Shown here: positions 12,200 to 25,632 of the stretch, in pieces
Position numbering within the stretch: position 1 is the stretch's first letter
How the letters are laid out: each line of letters opens with the position of its first letter
Assembly: GCF_001194135.2 (NCBI RefSeq)
Contig: NC_068981.1
Location: 89,353,348 to 89,397,737, forward strand
DNA from: Octopus bimaculoides
Lineage: Eukaryota
Length of the DNA: 44,390 nt
Direction of reading: 5' to 3'
Position numbers and translations under genes: made by a program
The notes under the pieces: model-generated
What the model was told of the DNA's origin: nothing
Seen by the model: the letters and a program-made list of their open reading frames with translations, nothing else
Database searches by the model: none

Positions 12200-15100
12200 G
12201 TATGCGGGAGTACACCCCGATCACGTAACGTCCATGCCCTGCATAACTGGTATGGGGTAGACAGGACCCCTTGAGCCGAAGGGAAGGCAGCTTGCCTAGG
12301 AGAAGGAAAAAACCAACTGCGGATCTGAAATACCAAGTTCGTGTCTGGCGCGGGATAAATTTACTTCATGGCTAGGGAAAAGTCTTAAGCTTTGGACGGC
12401 AATCTCCCTTGAGGTGGTATCTCGTATGTAAAAATACCCGAATGTAGGACTGGCGATCCACTTCTGTATCAGCTACCGAAAGAATTACCATGACGTAAAC
12501 TTGCAGCGCCAGGGTTCGAGCCCCTGCTTGTTCAGTTCCAAATTCTAACATTGTTTCCCATCAAACGTACGACCAGCTCCCTATAAACTCTTTAGTGCGC
12601 GGCGTAGCTGTGAAGTGGTAGATGTCGATTCAGGAACAACAAGCAAATTTATGAAATGCAAAAGATATGTTGTCTACAGTACTTTTAACTCAGGAACTTT
12701 ATCAAAAACAAACAGAAAACAAGAACTTCTGCATTGTGTAAAAAAGGACAAATTTGATATCTTCGGCATCCAAGAACACAGGCATCATCATCCTGATACA
12801 GATTTGAAGTATACCAACCTTGAGAGATACCAACGTATTACGACCTCTGCTATTAAAAACTCCCAGGGCTCCACTATAGGCGGTGTTGGTATTCTCTTGT
12901 CTCCAAGAGCCTCAGGGAACTTGCTCTCCGTTGAGAAATTAATTGTTGCCGAGCTGAGTAGTAACCTTGAAGCTATATTCATTGCGTGTTACTGATGAGA
13001 AACTTGCAGTCAGTGTCCCTTCCCACAACTTCCTTGTAATAGCAGGTAATTTCAATGGCCAAATAGGGAGGGATGATGCTCTGCTCACCTATAACAAGGA
13101 GACTAACCGGAACGGGATAAAACTAATTGATTTTGCTTACGAGTTCCAACTTCAGATTGCAAACTCATGGTTCGTGAAGCACCCAAAGCGTTTGTGGACA
13201 TTCCAGCACCCATCTGGATATTATTTACAAATTGACTACATACTTGTGAGAAACAAGTGGAAAAACAGTGTCCAGAATGCACAGGCATACTCCTCCTTCG
13301 CATCTTTTGGCTCAGATCATAGAGTTGTTTCTATATGCACTGTTCTCAGCCTTAGATCATCAAAACTACAAGAGCACACAGACGACATTGAAACACAATA
13401 CAGTAACCTCGTAACAGCCATAGAAGAAATTGCCTTTTCAAAACTACCAACATTACTTAAAGGAAAGAATAAAGCACATATCAATTCATGCAGATGTCCG
13501 TGTGAGAGAAGCAAAGAAGCTTCTAGAAAGATCGGAAATTAGACATGGACAGAGGCCTACTAAAAATAACTTCAAAGATTCTTCCGAAGCTCAAGGAACA
13601 CTAGATGAGGAATATGCTAATGTAGAAACAGACTACATTCAAGATAAGATTTACAAAATTGCAAACTTGCATGCTGCAGTATGGAAATTAATAAACACAC
13701 TAACTGGAAAAAAATTTAAGCTCTCCATCAGGTTTAAAGGAGGGTCCTCTGAGAAGCGCAAGGCCAACTGGTTTGACCACTTTCAGAAAATTCTTGGAGA
13801 ACGACCACATGCCAGCTACTCTAAATATATAATGTATTAGACATCAACATGGACCTTTTCACATTGGATAATCTCAAAGTAGCTCTCAGTAGTTTTGCTA
13901 ACAATAAATCTCCAGGAATCAATAATATACCAACATTACTGTGGAAAGATCCAATGTTTCATGAAACCCTAGTAGGTTTCTGCAACAACACATATGCACA
14001 TCATTTGCTTCCATCAGCTTGGTTGAAGGGTAGAATTGTCCTTGTCCCCAAAAAAGATGATGTAACAATTGCAGCAAATTATAGAGGCATCACTCTGATC
14101 CCAATTGCAGCAAACATTTATAAGACACCTGTTTAGTAGGATTGTACCTATCCTCGATCTATTTCTTCGTAAGAATCAGAATGGATTTATAAGGGGGCGG
14201 TCAAATCCTCTCCATCAGCCGCATTCTAGAAGAAATGAAAACGTTTCACAAGAGCGGCCCAATCTGTTGTGTGGACTTTCGCAAAGCATTTGATTTCATC
14301 AGCAGAGATCTTATGTTTAAAATCCTTGCACTCTATGGTATTCCAGCCAGGATTGTTGATGCTATCAGAGCATACACAAACACCAATGCTACAGTTATAT
14401 CTCCTGATAGAGAGACTTATTTCTTCTGCAGAGTGACACTCTCGCTCCTTTCTTGTTCATAATTGTTCTCGACTATGTTCTACTCATTTCCCTAAACGGT
14501 ATGGAGGAAAAGGGACTCCTTTTCAAACCCCACCAGAGCGGTTGGCATTGTGCACAATATGTAACTGATCTTGCCTTGATATCCCATTGTAAAAAGATTC
14601 AGAATCTTTGTTACAAGCGCTGGAGAAAGCAACAAAGCAGGTCGGCCTTTACTGAAACGAGAGTAAGAGAGAATTTATCACTATCTCCTCCAAGTTAACT
14701 GAACTTAAATCGCTCAATAATATATCAATGAAAACGTTGATGACTTCAAATATCTTGGATCACACATAGTAAACTCCCAAAAGGACTTTCGCACCCGCCA
14801 AGCTCTTGCTTGGGATGCATGTAACAGACTTGTTAAGATCTTGCACTCAAACCTTCCACCCACGTTAAAAGTAAAAATGCTTAGAACACTAATTGAACCG
14901 GTCCTTCTCTATGAATCAGAGAGAGAGCTGGACCTTATCGTCTCTCTTAGAAAACAGAACTAGATGGAACATATACCAACCTACTCAGAAAGATACAGAA
15001 CATCAGTTGGAGATTACACCCAACGCTTAGTAACTTCTTCAAAAATCTGACATCAATATCTCTTAAGCGAATGTAGAAACGGTTACAATTTGCTGACCAC

Positions 15101-15319
15101 TGTCATCGAACAGAGAAAGAGGTTATCTCATCCCTGCTCCTATGACATCCCTCTGGAAGTGTTTTCTCGGGGAAACTGACATTTCCAGATACTATACTAT
15201 ATCTCGGGACTCAGAATATTAGAGACCTGAATACAGCAATGCAAGACCTGGTAGTGTGGAAAGGGATTGTCAATGGAGTTCCAACCAACCATAGGTTGGT
15301 CGAAAGACGATGATGATGA
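12200..15319 (+). mobile_element. RTE-clade LINE, near full length, frameshifted (APE endonuclease + reverse transcriptase)
   Basis: EN motifs STFNSGTL, FGIQEHR, GGVGILL, AGNFNGQIG, QIDYILV, SDHRVV. RT motifs KSPGINNIP, VPKKDD..ANYRGITL, NQNGF, VDFRKAFD, FKYLGS. The 5' UTR has GGAAGGCAGCTTGCCTAGGAGAAGGAAAA. The 3' end has hairpin ACCAACC-ATA-GGTTGGT (15284-15300) and a (GAT)n tail. The 5' boundary is approximate. Confidence 0.93.
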
Positions 15320-15794
15320 GTGTTCAGTGCCTGGAGTTCTCTTCCAGTACTTGAAGACGTGATGAATAATTTTCACTCATTTAATCGTTCCCTCTTGTAC
15401 TTCCTTTGCTATAAGCATTTCTAACTACATTTTTATTATTTTCTCAACATCAAATATCTTAATAATGATTTAACTACTTTCTCTTCACTGTTTGTTTTTC
15501 TTCGGCTTTAATACTCTATTTTGTTGCAATTATTTCCTATGTTATTTTATCTCTTGTTTGTTTGCGCACATTTTTTTCATTTCATAAAACTCGGATCAAC
15601 AGAATTTGAGACGAACCGACGTGTAAGCATATAGACGGGCATTCAACTGAAAAATATAGTCCTTGAGAAACAACAAATTGCAAACGAATATAGGGCGGTC
15701 ACATTTAGAATACCTTTGATCATGATATTGGTACATCATTAAGCATCAAAGACAAATATACAATTCGATGAAGAAGAAAGGGAGATCTATATTT

Positions 15795-16205
15795 TATTTT
15801 TTCTTATTTTAGTCATTAAAATACAGCCATAGTAGGGCTCCATTGTGGTGGGATTTGGTCGAAGATATCGATTCCTAATGCTTATTTTAAGTCTGGTACT
15901 AACTCTAACGCCATCTTTTTGACGAACCGTTGGGTTTGCCGTGAAGTAAAGAAACGAACACCGCTTGTCAAGTAGTTGGGAGATGACAAAACATACAAAA
16001 AGATTCTGTCTCATTCACACAAACACACACATACACGCACATATATACGACGGGCTTCTTTCAGTTTCCATCGACCAAATCCACTCACAAGGCATTGGTC
16101 GGTCCGAGGTTGTATAAGAAAACATTTTCCCAAGTTACCATTAAACCCCAAACAAAATGAGCTGCTTAACCAGACAACATCTGCGTCTAAGCTGTTGGGT
16201 TTCTT
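15795..16205 (-). mobile_element. SINE family B (tRNA-like head, microsatellite spacer, 3' tail), degenerate
   Basis: Contains ACGACGGGCTTCTTTCAGTTTCCATCGACCAAATCCACTCACAAGGCATTGGTCGG, then (CA)n, then a tail aligning with the other family B copies. Confidence 0.7.
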
Positions 16206-16570
16206 TCAAATCATAAACTTAAAACAGGAAAATGCTTATTACGTAGTCCGAAAGAACCTTAAATAAACGAAGAAGTCACGACTGGAATGATGCCAATGAT
16301 AATTGATCTGCTGAATAAGGTTTGACCTATTGTCAAAGACCAACAAAACAATTAAGCTTCCTCCAAATGTTATATTTAACAGTCATAATATTTAAACACA
16401 TTTATTATTCAACTGCATGTTTAGAAAATTTATTAATTGGCAACTTGTATCTGAGTACAATTGAAAACATCCCAAAATACTATTCTACATACTCCTCCTT
16501 TCTCTGTTTCGTATTTTCACAAATGCACACGCTCTCCCTTCCTCACTCTTTCTGTCTCTCTCTTTCCACA

Positions 16571-16632
16571 ATGTATGTATGTATGTATGTATGTATGTAT
16601 GTATGATGTATGTATGTATCTATGTATCTATG

Positions 16633-16711
<79 letters not shown>

Positions 16712-16750
16712 TTATTAGTCTCTCTCTCTCTGTCGGCTGTATATATATAT
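16571..16750. repeat. (TATG)n/(TATC)n microsatellite, representative of many others: (CA)n 3619, 11682, 18420, 38315-38408, 38660; (GA)n 24720-24858, 25590; TA-rich 19790-20330
   Basis: Seen directly. Confidence 0.95.
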
Positions 16751-17358
16751 NNNNNNNNNNNNNNNNNNNNNNNNNNNNNNNNNNNNNNNNNNNNNNNNNN
16801 NNNNNNNNNNNNNNNNNNNNNNNNNNNNNNNNNNNNNNNNNNNNNNNNNNNNNNNNNNNNNNNNNNNNNNNNNNNNNNNNNNNNNNNNNNNNNNNNNNNN
16901 NNNNNNNNNNNNNNNNNNNNNNNNNNNNNNNNNNNNNNNNNNNNNNNNNNNNNNNNNNNNNNNNNNNNNNNNNNNNNNNNNNNNNNNNNNNNNNNNNNNN
17001 NNNNNNNNNNNNNNNNNNNNNNNNNNNNNNNNNNNNNNNNNNNNNNNNNNNNNNNNNNNNNNNNNNNNNNNNNNNNNNNNNNNNNNNNNNNNNNNNNNNN
17101 NNNNNNNNNNNNNNNNNNNNNNNNNNNNNNNNNNNNNNNNNNNNNNNNNNNNNNNNNNNNNNNNNNNNNNNNNNNNNNNNNNNNNNNNNNNNNNNNNNNN
17201 NNNNNNNNNNNNNNNNNNNNNNNNNNNNNNNNNNNNNNNNNNNNNNNNNNNNNNNNNNNNNNNNNNNNNNNNNNNTATTGCGTTCTTGTCCCATTTTTTG
17301 CATTCCTTTTTATATACATATGGCGGCGTACGTACACTTTGGTCTCTTTTATGTAAGT

Positions 17359-17400
<42 letters not shown>

Positions 17401-17619
17401 TCTCTTATTCTTTCATTCTTTCTATTAGCCCCGTCACACTCACTTCGTTCTTTCCGCTCTTATTTCTTTCGTCCTCCCTCTCTCACATTTCCTGGCTTTC
17501 TGTTCTTTCTCACCTTCCTTCCTCTTTCATTTAACTCTGTCTCTTTTCTTTTTTTTCTCGTCCTCCCTAATTCTTCTATCCCTCTGCCTCTACCTACCTC
17601 TCTCCTCTCTCTCTCCACG

Positions 17620-18092
17620 TGACCGGTGTTCATCCAAGCCTGACTTTTCTTTCTTGGTTCGAATACTATCCATGCAACATCTATATTCCAGCCCATGCCT
17701 GTCATTTCGTATGTCTCTGCCGTAAGGCTTCACTTCCACACACGCCAGCTTAATTTAATTCGTCCTTAGTCGAAAGACACCTGTTGTTTGTCCTGTTATT
17801 TACATTTGTATTTGCGTACTATTCCTCCGTTTTTTTCCCGTCCTTGTTTTCGTATACATTCGCTGCTTTCTTCCAAGGAATCTAGTGCTCTTAGCTTAGT
17901 TTTTCAGTGGCGCTGGCCAGATTGGAGGAATCTCGAGTATAACCAGCCGAAATTGCAAAGATAATGTGGAACTCGACTGAGGAAAGAAAACTCCGAATGA
18001 CCGTCCTTGTTTTTTCTTGTCCCTTTTTTTGTATCATCTCTCTGGATGTTTGGCGTTCTTGTCCCATTTTTTGTATTCCTTTATATATATAA
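17620..18092 (+). mobile_element. Interspersed repeat, possibly a Penelope-like pLTR; a short second copy of its 3' end lies at 17277-17315
   Basis: GCGTTCTTGTCCCATTTTTTG(C/T)ATTCCTTT-ATATA occurs at 17280 and 18054, each running into TA-rich repeats. No ORF is visible, so the PLE assignment is inference. Confidence 0.4.
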
Positions 18093-18584
18093 TATAATAT
18101 AAAGTAACAAAGATGTACACCTGTGGATCTTTGCTACTTGTTTATATTCTGTTCATTTAACTTTGAAACTGCACTTCGGAAATACTATAGAAAGTCCCTT
18201 TATAAAAAAAGTACAAGTCTGAATTATCAAGAGCAAATATCTTCACTTAGCTAGGTTCCGTTGTATTTACACACGACAGGATTATTGGGTACAAATACCC
18301 CTACACGGAGTTTTAATATTCAATTGTCAAATAATATTGTTGGAGTGTGCAGATTATACCGAACTAGCAAGGTGCCTCAATTTAAGTATCTAATTCAACT
18401 GAATATTAATTACATACACACACACACATACAAACATACAAACATACACACACACACAAACACACACACACACACACACACACANNNNNNNNNNNNNNNN
18501 NNNNNNNNNNNNNNNNNNNNNNNNNNNNNNNNNNNNNNNNNNNNNNNNNNNNNNNNNNNNNNNNNNNNNNNNNNNNNNNNNNNN

Positions 18585-19786
18585 CGAAGGCGACGACGTC
18601 GACGGCGTTACATTTTGTATATGAGTGTGTACGTGTCTGTCACTATGTCTGTGTTTGTGCGTTCGTTACGTACGACATAGTAAACGACATCTTATCCCGC
18701 GACGACAATTACGATGACGACACATTTTGTATACGAGTGTGTATCCGTCTGTGAGTGTGTGTGTGTTTGCGCGTTCATTATGTACGAGATAGCAAAGAAC
18801 AGTTTATACGATGACGACGACGATGACACATTTTGTATATGAGTGTGTATGTGTCTCTGAGTGTGTGTCTGTTTGCGCTTTCCTTACGTACATGATAGTA
18901 AAGGGCAATTTATACCACGACGACGACGACGCGTTTTGTATATGAGTGTGTATATGTATGTGCTTATGTGTGTTTTCGCGCTCGTAACGTCTGTGTGTGT
19001 CTGCCTTCGTATATGTATGTGAGTGTATGCGAGAGTGCATGTGTGTGTCAGTGTATGTGTAATTGTCAATTACTCTGAAGTAAACTGGTTATGTGAAAGA
19101 GCTATACTGGCTCCAACTAATGATATGTTTGATAAACTCAATCATGAACTTCTCCAATAGTTAAAGATACATCAGAAATGCCTTTTCACTCAATACGCAC
19201 AACAGTCGATCAAGATCCGGCTGTTCAATACCCTGTTGAATTTCTGAACACACTTAAGCCTACTGAGATGCCACAGCAGAACTTGTCCCTGTTACTTCCA
19301 TGAAGCCATATGTCCTACAGGCAACAATCATAACAGGTAGTCAGAAAAAAGTGACTCTATTCCGGAATTGTCTCATATACCTACAGTTGTTCCATTTCAA
19401 TTTAAGAGGCTTCAGTTTCTAGTCAAACTAAGTGTTGGTATTTTAATTAACAAATCTTAGGGTTTCAAGGTAGTTAGAGTTCGTCACTCTACTACATGCT
19501 TTTCCCACGGCCAACTCTATGTTGGTTTCTCACGAGTTGGAAGCAGCTACAATATATTCATTTGGACACCAACAAAAAATTACACAATGAATATTGTTTA
19601 CACTGAGGTGATTCAAGTTTGACAGGTTTTCAATCCTAAATCCTATTATCATTACAAACTGGATATTTTAAAATAAAATATGCATATTTGGAAATAATTA
19701 CTAGAAAAAAATATGTCTTCATATTTATTTTTTAATAATCTGAATAAGATAGCAGTAACCCGGGCAATGCCTGGTAATTCAGCTAG
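18585..19786 (+). mobile_element. Non-autonomous Helitron with a PIF1-helicase C-terminal remnant
   Basis: Translates to AVQYPVEFLNTLKPTEMPQQNL and FQFKRLQFLVKLSVGILINKS*G...CFSHGQLYVGFSRV...NIVYTEV. The 3' GC-rich hairpin CCCGGGCAATGCCTGG is followed by CTAG (19783-19786) and T. The 5' end is probably in the gap. Confidence 0.9.
18590..19030 (+). repeat. Minisatellite, four units of ~103-112 bp, inside the Helitron
   Basis: The unit (GAC)n-CATTTTGTATATGAGTGTGT...GTTTG(C/T)GC..TTC..TA.GTAC..GATAG recurs at about 18611, 18723, 18829 and 18932. Confidence 0.85.
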
Positions 19787-20173
19787 TGTGAGTATATATA
19801 TATATATATATAAATATATATATGTATATATATATATGTATGCATATATATATATATATATATATATNNNNNNNNNNNNNNNNNNNNNNNNNNNNNNNNN
19901 NNNNNNNNNNNNNNNNNNNNNNNNNNNNNNNNNNNNNNNNNNNNNNNNNNNNNNNNNNNNNNNNNNNNNNNNNNNNNNNNNNNNNNNNNNNNNNNNNNNN
20001 NNNNNNNNNNNNNNNNNNNNNNNNNNNNNNNNNNNNNNNNNNNNNNNNNNNNNNNNNNNNNNNNNNNNNNNNNNNNNNNNNNNNNNNNNNNNNNNNATAT
20101 GTATATATATATCTTTATATATATCTATATATATATATTTATATATATGTATATATATATCTTTATATATATC

Positions 20174-20207
<34 letters not shown>

Positions 20208-20374
20208 AATATATATATGTATATATATATATGTATGCATATATATATATATATATATATATGTATGCATATATATAGATATATACATACACACACACAT
20301 ATATATGTAATTATCGTTACACACATATACACACACACACGTACACATGCACGCACACACACATATATGTATAT

Positions 20375-20494
20375 TTATGGGCGTGTTCCAGCCCGAGCAG
20401 CAGCAACAAAGTTCACCCACCAAACTTCTCGGTTCAGCATAACTGCTTCGACGTCCTTGACATATTTCAGAGCAGTGTCTGCGATACGTAAACC
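20375..20494 (-). mobile_element. 5'-truncated 3' end of an RTE-like LINE ORF
   Basis: [39 protein letters not shown] fits the RTE C-terminal pattern D..L...D....M.DR..W...V...RA. Confidence 0.55.
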
Positions 20495-23400
20495 GTAAAT
20501 TTAAATGCGTGTGTGTGTTTGTGGCTTCGAGTATGTACGTGTGTGTAATGTTTGTGTGCATAGGCAAATATGTAGTGTCTGTTTTCTGGAGAGACATCGT
20601 ACATCACAAGGTTTTTGGAACAACACTGAAGATGATTTCTTCATCTATAGTACCTGTTGCAGACTCTAATACAATCTAGCTAGACATTTTTGATTATATG
20701 TTGATTACAATAGTTAGCTGTTAGTCCCTATGTTCGCTCTCTATAGACACTTGAGCAGGTCTGAAACATACCCACGCAATGATAGCTGCGTGTACACACT
20801 AGAATATGTTACATTCACTAATACATCAACGGAATGCGGAGGGAGAATTAGAGAATATGGTGAATTTTTAGTTTGCATGGTGAATGAAGATATAATGAAA
20901 TATCTTCCAGAACTTATTTTTATGAAGGAAAAAAGAAACGTCATATAACAATCCAACTAGGTTTATCGTTCAACAATAGGTAAGAAATGCACATGATAAG
21001 AAAGTATTTAAAATATTGCGTTTTCAAATTAAGCAGCAAAATAACTTTATATCGTTATGACAAGTATTCTATATAGCTATTTATTTTTAGTACCTAATAT
21101 ACCACGTTAAAACAGTATATTTCTTTTTCTTTCAAAGACCTATTTTCAGCGTATTTGTATAGTCATTTCGTTCCATTTAATTATTTTTACCTCCAGAAGA
21201 TAAAGTAGTATCTATACTCGTGGGATTTTTTTTTACTCTAAACTAAGTGCATTCTATCTAAATAATATAATTTAAAGTTTTATGATTGTATCTATACACA
21301 TATATTGAGACGCCTCCTATCGCATCATTTCCCTTCATTGACCTTTCTCAAACTTACTGGCACAAAATCGTTCATGAAATATGCATACATTTGATACTTT
21401 TCAGTGTTTAAAGAAATAGAATATAGATGCAAGTAAATATACAGAGAAATGCTAATAGAATGTTACAAGAAAATGTAAAGTTTTTCAAGAAAAGCATTTC
21501 AACGTATGGATTATTGATCGGTGTTCATAGCATGACATTCTGTTGAATTTTACTAGCTGTTCAGATCTCATTACAGATAATATTACTAGAGATATCAACA
21601 ATAGACTTAATGATACAGGCGCTGTCAGAGTCGCAAATAATGGAATTGATTTGGAATATGTGCGAACCGTATAGAAATAATTTCAGTTAAATAGAATATC
21701 CGTCGTCCTATTTATCATTATCCCTGCAATGATTTGAAAATTATCATCCGATGTTACTGCATAAAAAAGTGTCGTAAAAAATATAAATCGATTTTATACT
21801 TCAAAACTCAATTTTTATTCGGAAATCATTTGAATAAACATGAAAATTGAATGCAACGAATTTTTTCTCGACACATTGGTTATGTAGTTCCATGTGAAGG
21901 TAAACGAAGTAATATTCTTATGTTATTTACTAGATGCGTACAATTCAATCAAATGGCATCGGATTTTTTTTTTATTTATTTAATCAGAAAGTAATTTACC
22001 TAATATGTCGAAAATTTCCAGTTTTGAAATAAAAAGGTAAATACAAAATATTTCTATGATAAGAGGAAGATTCTTATTTCTTATTCGCATGAATGTTGCT
22101 ATGATATACATGAAGTTTTAGACTATATTTTCAAGTAAGTGTAGGTCTCTTGGGATTAACTTCGGTTTGTAGATATTGATTTTGTCTTTTTCTTCCGATT
22201 ACAAGATAAATCAGTATTCCAGGACCTTTGATGTACTTGTTTGCTAAGTCGTCTGACCTGAGACTGTACTGAAATTAAAACAATTGCATCGTTTCACAAT
22301 CGCATTAACCATTTATTCTTACATTTAGCTATACTATACAACGTTATCTAAGTTAAATCTTCGGATGTTTATTACTTTAGATCTTATGGCACTATTTCCT
22401 TATTACTTTACCACGATTCAATATTCCCATGATTTGCTAATTGTTTTCAGGAATTGAAATTTATAGTATCACTGATCTTAGTGGTACCATTTATTATCTA
22501 GAACAAAACTTCACTTAAGCTGAGTATAATAAATGGTAGCTCTATAGAGTCAACAGGCTGAATTTCTATATTACTTATTCTAATGAAGAAAGTGATTCCC
22601 GTTCTTAGAATTTTGTTATGCCTGTGGCACTCTCAATCGGCCAGTTCTATTCACTCTACAAGTTTCTAAGTTGATGTAACGGAATGAGCTTATAATCTAG
22701 TAGGTTATTGACAACATGTAGTAATATCATTGTTTTGAACGGATCCCCAGTCAATAAGTTCAAATTCCACCACTCTAAATTTAATGTATATAAATTCCCT
22801 AAAGAAATTTCTCAACCGAAAGTTTAACTTGCCTTGTTGCCTTAATGATAATAAAGGTAGCTTGCTTAGGCACATAGGCTATTTTTGTGTGGATGAAACA
22901 TAGGCGACCGAATATACCCTGATATATCGTTGGTGTCAATTAGGTCGATGATGAGAAATGAAATGCAGTGTGGAATTCAAAATATAAAGGTACAAAAAAA
23001 CTCTTATTTTTTAGTCATAACTGACTAAATATCAGCCAAATTCAATCAAATCATTCTTTATGATCTTAAAAAATTATATGGATACATTAATATATTCCTC
23101 GATATATTAAAATCTAGGGTCGGTCACAGTAGAAATGCCATTGATCATATTTCTATTCAATCAGTCTTTACCTAAGGCTAAACACATACTTTTTCTTTCT
23201 CGCGATAACTTCGCTTGGAACGGAGGGAAAATGCTATTTGCAAAGAAACTTTTTTTTAAATGAAAAAAAAAAAACCCTTTAATTCCTTTAACTTTTATTC
23301 AGTGTTAGAAACTCAGATTAATTTTCTTCTACTGATATCAAGGTCATCGTTCAATGGGTCAATCGTTTCTTTGTTATTAGACGTTCTCCTGCAATGTTTT

Positions 23401-24399
23401 TATTCCACAGTTACGTGTATTTATTTTCCACATTAATCTGTAATGACAAATTGCTCCTACTATAGAAACTAATTATGCGTGTTCCATAGTAATTGCCTGA
23501 AATTAACTAAACTGAAGGTCTAAACAATAGTTATTGATAAGGAATTGACATTAATCATATATAAAATCTTTAGTAAAGATATAAGATATCTGAAACAGCT
23601 TAACGTGTTGCATAGTCAAATATGAAACATTTAACTTATGTCAGTGATTTACTTAGAATTTTTAATTTTTATTTTGTTGTCAATATCACTGAACAAGGTA
23701 AGCATTATACGTACAACCCTCTTCACTGCTACACATATTCATCTGTATAATTTTAGCCAAAGTCACTGTCAGCCGAGTGAACTTCTCTCACACACTATGA
23801 CTATTGGTTACAACAGTGATTCTCAAACTTTTATAAGTTCAGCGTCGCTTTTAAAGAAATGTCGGTTTACGAACAAAGTGAAAAAGAAGAGAAATCAAAC
23901 AGTTGATGATTGTGCGCCATAATTTGTTATGCTTATTTTCTTAGTCATCTAGTATGTACTTCTTTTTTTTTCTTTTTTTAGATATTTATTGTCTATGTCA
24001 ATTTTTTCTTATTGAAATTACAAAAGAAAGTGAAGACCTATAGACAGGAATTACATTGGATCTGGTGCATCATCGGTTATATTTCTGCTCACTCCTACTT
24101 AATGTCGTTTTCATATTTTGATCCAGAGAAAGCGGGTTTTAATCCTTAGAACAAGCAATGTATTTGCTTCAGATATTGTATTTTTAAGAGAGATCGTGAT
24201 TTTTTAAACACCTAACCTTCCAAAATATATTTTTAACATTAAGTTGGCCATGTGAGTTTTCAAAACTCTTAAAAGCGTAATAATAGAAGACATAGACCCA
24301 CTATACTAGAAATATTTATCGACATAATCTTAACTGAGAAACGACTTCGAAACATAATTGGACATATTACCCTTTTTTCTTTTATTCGTTTATTAGTTT

Positions 24400-24440
24400 C
24401 AGTCATTGGAGTATGGTTATGCTGGAGCACCACCATGAAT
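24400..24440 (-). mobile_element. Short SINE family B tail fragment
   Basis: TTTCAGTCATTGGAGTATGGTTATGCTGGAGCACCACC resembles the tails at 37125 and 38460. Confidence 0.5.
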
Positions 24441-24813
24441 ACTGATAATATATTATTTTACGCTGAAATGTGTTTGACTTACTATGACTAAAGAGATTTT
24501 ATGATTTTATTTTAAAGTTAAAAAGAATGCTTAAAGCATTGATGTAAAAAAGTGCCATCTTCTAGATAGACAAATAAATAGACAGACAGACTGATATATA
24601 TGCAGACGGGTAACAGACAAATAATTAGACAGATATGTAGAAAGACAGACCGACAGACAGATAAATATATACATAGACAGACAGATAGATACACGGACGG
24701 GTAGATAGATAAATAGATACAGAGAGAGAGAGAGAGAGAAAGTGAGAGAGAGAGTGTGAGAGAGAGAGAGAGGGAGAGANNNNNNNNNNNNNNNNNNNNN
24801 NNNNNNNNNNNNN

Positions 24814-24862
<49 letters not shown>

Positions 24863-25589
24863 AAAATTGTTAACTCGTATAATTTACAAATGAACCAGTT
24901 TTGGTGAGAAGTTATATTTCCACAAAATTTAGTACAATAAATGGAAACACAAAAAATGTTAGAAAATAATCTAGTCTAATGTGAATTATTTGTATCAATG
25001 TTTGAAATATCAGAATTTTTAATGAATTGACACAAAGAAAGATATTCAAAACTATGCCCGTTCCCACACAATTGTGCTTCACAATAACAATAAAGGAAAA
25101 AGCACCAGGAACAAATGCATCCTTATTTCTGTCACAGTATGTAATAGGCACGTGCACAGTACTATCAGAAATGTATTGAATGAACTGCAAGCAACTCTTG
25201 AATGTATCACTGAGAAAGAAAATAAGGTTAAAGAAGTAGGACACACCGAAAACTACAGATCCATCAAGACAGAAAAATTCCACGAAATATTACTATAGAC
25301 ATAAAATACTCTTCAGTAAAAACTTTAGAAACGGTTGAAGGAAAAAATGAAGGATAGACCTAAGCATGTCATCGATCAACTGACCCTTATGTTTTGACAG
25401 TGTTGTCCATCCGTGAATTCTAGAAATATTAGGCATGAGTAAGTTAGAGTAAGAATAAACCCGCATACCAAAACTTCACAAATGAAAGGTAATATTAAAA
25501 AAAACCCATCGGATACAATAAAAGAGATGATTTATAATATTGTATCCCCCTTAGAAGAAGAATATTCTAACGAGTCTCCGTCTCGGAAC

Positions 25590-25632
<43 letters not shown>

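Larger units (their letters stand above)
4331..24813. other. Seven assembly gaps: 4331-4613, 7740-7801, 10431-10921, 16751-17275, 18485-18584, 19868-20096, 24780-24813
   Basis: Runs of N, each bordered on at least one side by a dinucleotide repeat. Confidence 1.

Noticed and set aside
12200-12320. HDV-like ribozyme in the RTE 5' UTR
   Set aside because: Such ribozymes are known in some RTEs, but I could find only a simple hairpin (CCATGCC/GGTATGG) and not the nested double pseudoknot.
18590-19030. Regularly spaced repeats as a CRISPR array
   Set aside because: The whole units are similar with no unique spacers, there are no cas genes, and the context is eukaryotic.
4161-20498. Long ORFs containing X runs, up to 347 aa
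   Set aside because: They are open only because they cross N-gaps and dinucleotide repeats.
24912-25283. Hydrophobic minus-strand ORF resembling a receptor TM segment
   Set aside because: It is the antisense of an A-rich plus strand, which gives F/L/I-rich translations by composition alone.
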